Source of the DNA: Thermosulfurimonas dismutans
GTDB taxonomy: Bacteria; Desulfobacterota; Thermodesulfobacteria; Thermodesulfobacteriales; Thermodesulfobacteriaceae
Length of the DNA: 32,000 bases
Reading direction: 5' to 3'
NCBI RefSeq assembly: GCF_001652585.1
Contig: NZ_LWLG01000005.1
Location: 65,895 to 97,894 of the forward strand
The translations under genes were made by a program, and so were the position numbers. Positions 15,904-22,441 of this stretch are shown in pieces. The first letter of the stretch is position 1. Every line of letters begins with the position of its first letter. Below the pieces are notes generated by a model. That model was not told the DNA's origin and made no database searches. It saw only the letters and a program-made list of their open reading frames with translations.

Positions 15904-18675
15904 TTACTGACAGGTAAATTCCACTATCTGTGCCGGACAAGCAAAAGTATTCCCGGAAAGATCCGAACAGGTAGCATTACCATCAGGAATAATTGCAAGC
16001 TCGCTCTCCTGAGGCTCACTACACAATCCCTGATTCTGAGGAGTTGAGAAGGTAAGCTTAAGCACCGCTGAGCCGTCCGCAGGAAATCCACCGGCTGAAA
16101 TGAGCCCAATCTTCACATGGGTTCCATTATCATTGGGAACCACCAGTCCTCCCTGAGCCGCTCCAATAGCTACCACATTATCAAATCCAAGCGCAGTCTC
16201 TGGATAGTCCACGGTCACATCCACTCCTCCAATCGTACCATTGGCCGTAACCCCGAGCTTCAGTGTGCAGGTGTAAGCCTTGGGCTGAGTCACCCCGACC
16301 GAGGTCTGGCCGGACACACCATCCACCGTCACCCGCACCGTGGAATTCTGACTGCCGGCGGTAAGCGTCACCGCAGCCACCCCTACCTTATCTACATCGT
16401 TCCAGCCGATGGGAATGCTCACCTGGCTCAACACTCCATCACCCTGAGTCACCTCAAAAGCCGCATCTCCTATGGCATCCTTGTTAGTGCAGGAATCGAA
16501 ATCAGCAAGGTGAATGGTGGCCTTGATGGTGGAGTTGCCCCCGGCGCACACGGTAGCAGGCTCGGCCCGCACATCAATTCCCGTAACCGTGCACGGATCC
16601 TGAGCCACCTGAATGGCAACCTCGTTGGAAGTTTTGCCCTCAGAGGTGGCCTTCACCTTGACCTCACCCGGAGCGTTAACCGTGAGCGTGGTGCTAGCCT
16701 TACCGGTGGCATCGGTCTGAGCCGTAGGCGGATTCACGTACCCATCACCGCTCACTACCTCAAAGGTCACCTCTTTGCCCGAAAGATCGCCGCACTGCTC
16801 GGCATTAACCACCTGCACCTGAGCCATAAGTTGTGTGCTGTCTCCGGCCGTAAGAGAGGTTTTATTGGCGCTAAGCGTCACCCCCGTAACCGTACACGGA
16901 TGTTCCGCCACCTGAATAGTAACCTCGTTGGAAGTCTTGCCCTCAGAGGTGGCCTTCACCTTGATCTCCCCCGGAGCATTGGCCGTAAGGGTGGTGCTGG
17001 CATTACCACTAGCATCCGTCACCGTCGTGGCCGGGTTCACCGTCCCATCTCCGCTCACCACCTCAAAGGTCACCTGCTTTCCGGAAAGATCAGCACAGAT
17101 ATCCGGATTGACTACTTCTACTTGGGCCGTGAGATTGGCACTCTCGCCCGCCACGACCGAAATAGGGGTGGCGTTAAGGCTTACCGCCTTAACCGCACAC
17201 GGATCAGGGGCCACGTAAGACATAGCAACCCTACGATGTATTCCAGTGCAGGGATCCTCCACCAAAGCTACTAATTTAGCCATACCGGCTCCCTGAACTT
17301 CCAGTGGCGCTACCGCATATCCATCAGTATCAATATCTACTTCTATCTCCTTCTTTCCACCTGTGAAAGTAACCTGGCCTTTCACAATCTTAAATGTCAC
17401 CTTTCCGGAAGGAGTGCCATTTCCGGAAAGCGGAGCTACCATGGCTTTCACTTTCCATTGATTAGTAGTTTGATCAAAATATATCCCAGCCATTGAAATC
17501 TCATCCACACTATCAGCATTGCAAACCTTAATCAGCACGGGATTGGAGGTCCGGTTATCACTAGTTACAGCCGTAATCCTGAACACACTTCCCGCCGGAG
17601 CACTTCCGGCACATACTTGAGCGGAAGCTTCAGTAAGCGTATTACCCTGAACAGGATTGGGATTTATAGCAAGGGTGCCATTGGTGGCATTCCCTACAGG
17701 CATAGCGTCAAAAGCAATCTCACTTATCTGAGGCCCCTCTCCACATCCTATTACACCCGCGATTTTTGCCGTAAGTTTGCTACACACCTGTCCATCGGAA
17801 GAAATAATTATCCTATCTCCCGAAAGACCTACAGCATAAGAACAATAATTCTGAAGTGTAGAGCCGATCTGATCCAAAATATTTGTATAATTACCTGAAA
17901 TGGGGTTTCCGTTTACTTGCCCATCCATAACACCATCTTGGAGGTCCTGAAGAAGAGCTACAAACCCCTGCAACAACTTCTCCCACAGTGAAAGGAAATC
18001 CGTCTGAATCTGAAGGAGACGGCTTATGGCATCCGCCAGAACTCTATTATAAGGCGGCTCGTAATCCCTTATGCTAAAATGGTGCTCCGTAAAAAGTTTT
18101 TTGATATATTCTTCTCTTTCGCTACCGAATTCCTCTCGAGCCCGTTCTCGGACGTGGTACACCAGTGTCCTTACGGGCTCAAATTCCGGATCGTTTTCAA
18201 TTTGCGTAAAATTGTCACTATGTTTTTCCACTAGAGCACTGGTATCCACAGTAAGAAAGGCATAATATAGGGCACCTGAAATAATATCTGCCCCTTTGTG
18301 AACTACATTTCCATCTTCGTCCATAATAAACCCTTGGAGAGGAGGAGCCGCCAGAGTATCATTTCCGACCTGCATGGTACCGTTCTCACTCTTCAATGTA
18401 AGCCGAGTACAATTAGCTACCTCCACAGGATTTAGCTTGAACTGAAAATTTCCCTCCCCATCCGTTTGTCCGAGCTTCTTCAATTTCTTTCCGTCACACA
18501 GGAGCCACACAGTAGCGTTAGCCACCGGGTCCTTACTCACACTTCCAACGACCGTGGCTCCAGAGGTGGTACCGGAAGTCTCCTCTCCGCCACCACCTCC
18601 ACCACCTCCACAGGCCACAAGCAGCAAAGGAAGCACAAATACCCATAACCACAAACCCAACCTTCTCCAACTCAT
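15904..18675 (-). CDS. Lipoprotein with poly-Gly linker, CarboxypepD_reg-like and Big-like Ig repeats, and a C-terminal cohesin-like module (candidate anchoring scaffoldin)
   Basis: The ORF is 923 aa. It starts MSWRRLGLWLWVFVLPLLLVACGGGGGGGGEE (lipobox LVAC). VVGSVSKDPVANATVWLLCDGKKLKKLGQTDGEGNFQFKL resembles a carboxypeptidase-regulatory-like fold. Three Big-like repeats are present, two of them near-identical. The cohesin-like module is at 15907-16284. A GAAGGGGG Shine-Dalgarno sequence precedes the ATG. Confidence 0.9.
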   Translation of the reverse strand: MSWRRLGLWLWVFVLPLLLVACGGGGGGGGEETSGTTSGATVVGSVSKDPVANATVWLLCDGKKLKKLGQTDGEGNFQFKLNPVEVANCTRLTLKSENGTMQVGNDTLAAPPLQGFIMDEDGNVVHKGADIISGALYYAFLTVDTSALVEKHSDNFTQIENDPEFEPVRTLVYHVRERAREEFGSEREEYIKKLFTEHHFSIRDYEPPYNRVLADAISRLLQIQTDFLSLWEKLLQGFVALLQDLQDGVMDGQVNGNPISGNYTNILDQIGSTLQNYCSYAVGLSGDRIIISSDGQVCSKLTAKIAGVIGCGEGPQISEIAFDAMPVGNATNGTLAINPNPVQGNTLTEASAQVCAGSAPAGSVFRITAVTSDNRTSNPVLIKVCNADSVDEISMAGIYFDQTTNQWKVKAMVAPLSGNGTPSGKVTFKIVKGQVTFTGGKKEIEVDIDTDGYAVAPLEVQGAGMAKLVALVEDPCTGIHRRVAMSYVAPDPCAVKAVSLNATPISVVAGESANLTAQVEVVNPDICADLSGKQVTFEVVSGDGTVNPATTVTDASGNASTTLTANAPGEIKVKATSEGKTSNEVTIQVAEHPCTVTGVTLSANKTSLTAGDSTQLMAQVQVVNAEQCGDLSGKEVTFEVVSGDGYVNPPTAQTDATGKASTTLTVNAPGEVKVKATSEGKTSNEVAIQVAQDPCTVTGIDVRAEPATVCAGGNSTIKATIHLADFDSCTNKDAIGDAAFEVTQGDGVLSQVSIPIGWNDVDKVGVAAVTLTAGSQNSTVRVTVDGVSGQTSVGVTQPKAYTCTLKLGVTANGTIGGVDVTVDYPETALGFDNVVAIGAAQGGLVVPNDNGTHVKIGLISAGGFPADGSAVLKLTFSTPQNQGLCSEPQESELAIIPDGNATCSDLSGNTFACPAQIVEFTCQ
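15907..16284 (-). other. Cohesin-like module (lipoprotein type, Cys-rich C-terminus)
   Basis: CTLKLGVTANGTIGGVDVTVDYPETALGFDNVVAIGAAQGGLVVPNDNGTHVKIGLISAGGFPADGSAVLKLTFSTPQ...CSDLSGNTFACPAQIVEFTCQ. Confidence 0.6.
16600..17205 (-). repeat. Tandem 2 x 303-bp coding repeat (Big-like Ig domains); a third, divergent copy follows at ~16285-16599
   Basis: Unit A is DPCAVKAVSLNATPISVVAGESANLTAQVEVVNPDICADLSGKQVTFEVVSGDG..IKVKATSEGKTSNEVTIQVAE. Unit B is HPCTVTGVTLSANKTSLTAGDSTQLMAQVQVVNAEQCGDLSGKEVTFEVVSGDG..VKVKATSEGKTSNEVAIQVAQ. Long stretches are identical at the nucleotide level, e.g. aacctcgttggaagt(t/c)ttgccctcagaggtggccttcaccttga. Confidence 0.85.
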
Positions 18676-18777
18676 AGCTTTACCCCCTTCTATTTGTTTT
18701 TTAGAAATTTTTTTTCGTAGCTTTTCAAATCTCGCTTTTACAATTACCTTTAATTTGTTTGTTAAGTACTGGTATCA

Positions 18778-21129
18778 TCATGAAACCAATCCCAGGGCCA
18801 TGCGCAGGATCACCAGGGCGTCGCCGATGGTGATCTTGCCATCCGGCTGGGGTGTTCCGTCCGCCGCAAGCGGGGCCACATCCGCGTGGCATTTGTCTTC
18901 CTCCGAAGGTGTCTCAAGCCCCAAGGCAAACCGCAGGGTCACCAGAGCGTCACCGATATTCACCTTTCCGTCCCGGGCACCCAGCGGGGCCACGTCCCCG
19001 TCCGGCGTGCAGAGAGGAGGAACGGGCACGGTGAAGTTCCACCGCTCGGACTGAACCGCCCCACCCTTCCCATCCGAAGCCTCCACATACCAGTAATAAG
19101 TAGTTCCATTCTCAAGATCGGCGATGGTGCAGGTGGTCTGCGTTATACCTATACATCCCACAACTGGATGAAAACTCTCCTCCCCCTGTCTGGCAAGAAA
19201 AACGGTATATCTTACGGTGTCGTTTTCACTATCCAAAGAAGCCTGCCAGGAAAGGGTTACCGGGGCCGGGGTCTCACTTCCGGACTCAGGTGATATTAAT
19301 GCCGGTGCGGAAGGGGGAGTATTGTCCTCAAAGGAGATCACTCCACCGTCGGTGGCGGCATACCACCGAGAGCCTATCTTCACCAGGTCGTAAAGAGTGT
19401 AGAGATCATTTATAAAATATTGAAATCTCGTCCAGGTCTTTCCCCCGTCTTTGGACTGGTAAAGGCCGTTGTCGGTGCGAGCGAAAAATCGAGAAGGATC
19501 TTCAGGATCAGGATATACCTTGTACACCTCCTGCACCCCAGCAAGACTTACTTTCTGAAAAGAACCAGTGTCCTGGTAATATATATAAAGACCATTTCGG
19601 GTGGAAACGAAGGCCTTACCGGAGAAGAGCTGAATATCGTTTATATCCTTTATTCCGGTGTCTCGCCAGGTGCTACCGTTGTCGGAGGAAACAAAAAGAT
19701 GTTTTTCATAATTCACACTGCTTACGGCATAAATTGTTCCCCGTTCCATGTCATAAGCCACCTCACTTACACTTCCGTCCGTTGGCCCGGATATGAACCC
19801 CCAAGTCTCCCCTCCGTCAGTGCTCATATAAATGCCATATCCCTGCCCCCCATCCCAGGAAGAAAGGTAACCCGCAACCCATATCTCAAGAGGATGATTT
19901 TTAGGATCCGGAAAATAATAGTCGTAAAGGGAGCCTTTCCATATCACCGAACAGTTATCGAAATCGAGAGAACACCGACTGAAATGGGTGTACTCCGTCT
20001 CGTAATAAGCGTAATCTCCCACCACGGTAAAAGTTTTGAAATCCTCATAAGGCCTTGCGGGTTCTTTAAAAAGTTCCCACCTTTTTTTCTTAAACGAGTA
20101 CTTATAAATTCCCTTTCTATCAATATCAATTGTAGCCCAAAGGTCGCCAGAGGAATCCTTTTCTAAAAATTTAAGACTATATCCGGTGGCCACTCCATAC
20201 TTTTGCCATGTATTTCCGCCATCGGTGGAAATTTCGAGATAGCCGTTCCTTCCGAGCCAGATAGTCTCTCCCCGTACCGCCACGGAATAAACCGCCTCCG
20301 GGGCGATAAAGCTCCAGGTTTGGCCCTGATCGTCCGAACGATAAAGACCTCCACTGGTGGCCAGCCAGATATGCCCCTGGGAATCAATAACCGCATCGTT
20401 TACATAATCCGAAAGACCGAGCTCCCGAAAACTTCCCCCGGTGTCCGTAGAGATGTAGCCCTTTCCCCCACCTATTACCAGAACTGGATTTCCGTTTCTC
20501 GCGGCGGAGATTTTTATTCCATCATACCAATCCTTGGGAAGCCCGGTTCCCACCTTCTCCCAGGAGAGCCCTCCGTCATCGGAACGATATAAACCCTCAG
20601 CTTCTATATAAACATAAACTCGGTTATCATAGAAAGGAGAAAACCAAATATTTGAATAGTAATTTGAAATATTTAACACCTTTAAAAAATTTTTCCCTTC
20701 ATCTTGTGAAAAATAAATTGCATCTCCTTCCAACCCAACTAAAATTTGAGATCCTTGAGCCTGAATGTCATAAATGTTTCCTTTAAATGTAAAAAGATCA
20801 TACCAATTTCGACCTCCATCTCCAGAAATCATTAAAATGCCATAATTACTACTATATAACCGATAAGGATCCTCCTGATCTACGGCAAGCGGAAGTCTTG
20901 TGGAGACCCGCACAAAATGGCGACCGCCGTCGCGGCTCTGGTAAAGTACACCACCACAAATCACGTAAAGGAACGTACCGTTGGAGGATTCCGGAAGCAG
21001 GATTTCTACCCGGCCACAGGAGGTAACGACCAGGTCCTCACTTGGTCCCAGATGCTCCACCCCTTCCACCATTGCCATAAGAGGCGTAGACCAAATAAAC
21101 AAGAGAAGGAAAGTCAAAAACATCCTCAA
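18778..21129 (-). CDS. Secreted BNR/Asp-box repeat beta-propeller protein with FN3-like domain and C-terminal dockerin-like module
   Basis: The ORF is 783 aa with signal peptide MRMFLTFLLLFIWSTPLMAM. It has about 10 Asp-box motifs (SRDGGRHF, SGDGGRNW, SQDEGKNF, SDDGGLSW, STDTGGSF, SDDQGQTW, STDGGNTW, STDGGETW, SSDNGSTW, SKDGGKTW). An FN3-like segment reads VTLSWQASLDSENDTVRYTVF..TTYYWYVEASDGKG. The dockerin-like module is at 18781-19011. A strong AAGGAGG Shine-Dalgarno sequence lies 10 nt upstream of the ATG. Confidence 0.9.
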   Translation of the reverse strand: MRMFLTFLLLFIWSTPLMAMVEGVEHLGPSEDLVVTSCGRVEILLPESSNGTFLYVICGGVLYQSRDGGRHFVRVSTRLPLAVDQEDPYRLYSSNYGILMISGDGGRNWYDLFTFKGNIYDIQAQGSQILVGLEGDAIYFSQDEGKNFLKVLNISNYYSNIWFSPFYDNRVYVYIEAEGLYRSDDGGLSWEKVGTGLPKDWYDGIKISAARNGNPVLVIGGGKGYISTDTGGSFRELGLSDYVNDAVIDSQGHIWLATSGGLYRSDDQGQTWSFIAPEAVYSVAVRGETIWLGRNGYLEISTDGGNTWQKYGVATGYSLKFLEKDSSGDLWATIDIDRKGIYKYSFKKKRWELFKEPARPYEDFKTFTVVGDYAYYETEYTHFSRCSLDFDNCSVIWKGSLYDYYFPDPKNHPLEIWVAGYLSSWDGGQGYGIYMSTDGGETWGFISGPTDGSVSEVAYDMERGTIYAVSSVNYEKHLFVSSDNGSTWRDTGIKDINDIQLFSGKAFVSTRNGLYIYYQDTGSFQKVSLAGVQEVYKVYPDPEDPSRFFARTDNGLYQSKDGGKTWTRFQYFINDLYTLYDLVKIGSRWYAATDGGVISFEDNTPPSAPALISPESGSETPAPVTLSWQASLDSENDTVRYTVFLARQGEESFHPVVGCIGITQTTCTIADLENGTTYYWYVEASDGKGGAVQSERWNFTVPVPPLCTPDGDVAPLGARDGKVNIGDALVTLRFALGLETPSEEDKCHADVAPLAADGTPQPDGKITIGDALVILRMALGLVS
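18781..19011 (-). other. Dockerin-like module (C-terminal, 77 aa)
   Basis: CTPDGDVAPLGARDGKVNIGDALVTLRFALGLETPSEEDKCHADVAPLAADGTPQPDGKITIGDALVILRMALGLVS. Confidence 0.75.
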
Positions 21130-21160
21130 CTTTCCTCCTTCCCCCCGTACATTTACAATT

Positions 21161-21190
21161 CTTCTACAATCCTTATCCTTCCCTTGTCAA
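21161..21190 (-). promoter_or_regulatory. Candidate sigma70-type promoter for the first gene of the cluster
   Basis: On the minus strand there is a perfect TTGACA (21190-21185), an 18-nt spacer, then TAGAAG (21166-21161). This lies ~30 nt upstream of the AAGGAGG Shine-Dalgarno sequence and the ATG at 21129. The call rests on sequence pattern only. Confidence 0.25.
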
Positions 21191-21214
21191 GTAGTTTTCT
21201 TTACCATGTGTTAT

Positions 21215-21261
21215 TGCAAAGCGATTTTGTCACCCTTAACTGCAAAGCCAAAATGTCACCC
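21215..21261. promoter_or_regulatory. Two tandem 21-bp direct repeats (26-bp period) upstream of the candidate promoter; possible regulator binding sites
   Basis: TGCAAAGC-gattt-TGTCACCC (21215-21235) and TGCAAAGC-caaaa-TGTCACCC (21241-21261). Sixteen of 21 positions are identical, around a variable 5-nt core. Confidence 0.3.
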
Positions 21262-21376
21262 CCTCCCGGTAAAACCATAGGCTCGAATCCTCATCAAGGA
21301 GATCGGACCTATGGGAAATTGTCCAAAGGAGGGGTGGTAAAGTGGTCCCCATCTTTTGGACAGGTCAACCCACAAA

Positions 21377-22436
21377 TTGAGGTGCATTAGCTCAGACTTA
21401 ATCTGACAGGTAGGCCTTCCCAAAGGGGGTGGTCTAGGCTACCCTCCAGAGAGAGCTCCACTCAAAACTCAAAATAAGGAGGAATAGCCATGACCACCCA
21501 AGAGAAGCTTATCAAGAACAAGCTAGGTTTGCTAGAGTTAGCGGCGTATTTAAAGAATGTTTCCGAGGCTTGCCGGGTGATGGGTTTCAGCCGAGACACC
21601 TTCTACCGGATCAAGAAGGCTTACGAGGAAGGCGGAATAGAGGCCCTTTACGAAAAGAGCCGCCGGAAACCGAATTTCAAGAACCGGGTTTCAGAAGAGG
21701 TAGAGCGGGCGGTGGTGGAACTGGCTTTGGAGGATCCTTCCTTGGGCCAGAAGAGGGTAAGCGACGAATTGAGGAAGCGAGGGATATTTGTATCTCCGGC
21801 CGGGGTAAGGAGCATCTGGCTTAGGCACGGGCTGGAGCGTTTTGAGAAGAGGCTCAGGGCGTTGGATGAGAGGGTAGCGCGGACGAGAGAGGTAGCTTTT
21901 GCGAAGCTTTACACCAGCAAACATCCTAGCAACAGTGCGGATTTACTGAACGATCGGGTGATACCGTTTTTTGAGGAGCATGGACTCTCGGTATTGAGGA
22001 TATTAACAGATCGGGGGACGGAATTTTGCGGACGTATTGACCGGCACGAATACGAGCTCTTTTTGGCTTTGAACGACATAGAGCACACCAAAACCAAAGC
22101 CAAGAACCCTCAGACCAATGGAATATGCGAACGGTTCCACCTGACGATCAAAGAGGAGTTTTACTCCATAGCGTTGAGGCGGAAGCTTTACCGAAGCTTA
22201 GAGGAGCCGCAGGAGGATTTGGATTTGTGGATAGAGAAATACAATAGTCAGAGGCCACACCAGGGGAAGTACTGTGAAGGCAAGACGCCGATGGAGACGT
22301 TTTTGGGAAATGTGCCCTTGGCAAAGGAAAAGATGCATTCTAATGTAGAGGTTGATTTTGGGCTCTGACCGAGTCTGACAGGTGGAGACTCTGGAGGGGC
22401 CAACTGTCAGATCAAGTCTAAACTTTTACACTTGAT
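21377..22436 (+). mobile_element. IS481-family insertion sequence (~1.06 kb)
   Basis: The left boundary is defined by the point where identity with the second copy begins (ttgaggtgcattagctcagacttaatctgacagg; the second copy ends at 29345). Imperfect terminal inverted repeats are cAGACTTaATCTGACAGg (left) and the reverse complement of ctgtcagatcaagtcta at 22404-22420 (right). It contains a single transposase ORF. Confidence 0.8.
21490..22368 (+). CDS. IS481-family (rve/DDE integrase-type) transposase, probably internally deleted
   Basis: The ORF is 292 aa with an N-terminal HTH region (KNKLGLLELAAYLKNVSEACRVMGFSRDTFYRIKKAYEEGGIEAL). The catalytic-core motifs LRILTDRGTEFCG and NPQTNGICERFHLTIKEE are present. 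The segment that normally carries the first catalytic Asp, upstream of VAFAKLY, appears to be missing. A GGAGG Shine-Dalgarno sequence precedes the ATG. Confidence 0.85.
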   Translation: MTTQEKLIKNKLGLLELAAYLKNVSEACRVMGFSRDTFYRIKKAYEEGGIEALYEKSRRKPNFKNRVSEEVERAVVELALEDPSLGQKRVSDELRKRGIFVSPAGVRSIWLRHGLERFEKRLRALDERVARTREVAFAKLYTSKHPSNSADLLNDRVIPFFEEHGLSVLRILTDRGTEFCGRIDRHEYELFLALNDIEHTKTKAKNPQTNGICERFHLTIKEEFYSIALRRKLYRSLEEPQEDLDLWIEKYNSQRPHQGKYCEGKTPMETFLGNVPLAKEKMHSNVEVDFGL

Positions 22437-22441
22437 ACCTT

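Noticed and set aside
16117-17274. 385-aa plus-strand ORF, the longest plus-strand ORF outside the IS
   Set aside because: It lies fully antisense to the 923-aa lipoprotein gene, inside its GC-rich tandem Big-like repeats. The translation is low-complexity and rich in R, G, H and S, with internal repetition that mirrors the sense repeats. The minus-strand frame has a lipobox, domains and a Shine-Dalgarno sequence. This is a shadow ORF.
325-19011. Repeated ~230-bp units considered as a possible CRISPR-like or dispersed non-coding repeat array
   Set aside because: The spacing is irregular (0.4 to 7.6 kb). The units sit in frame inside long ORFs. Copies differ mainly at synonymous positions. 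They are coding modules, not CRISPR repeats or REP/MITE elements.
918-19054. A family of plus-strand ORFs sharing strings such as RASPM(V/F)ILPSGCG..PSGATSAWH (918..1118, 1000..1227, 3618..3860, 7160..7672, 7428..7730, 18554..19054, 18852..19034)
   Set aside because: Each is the antisense reading of a dockerin-like module. Their similarity to each other is a by-product of conservation on the minus strand, not evidence for a plus-strand gene family.
21215-21261. Possible sigma54 promoter (GG..TTGCA-like elements, GGGTGACA-N-GCTTTGCA on the minus strand)
   Set aside because: The distance from the GG to the GC of TTGCA is ~17 nt, whereas the canonical -24/-12 arrangement requires 12. The motif also occurs twice in tandem, which fits a protein-binding direct repeat better than a promoter.
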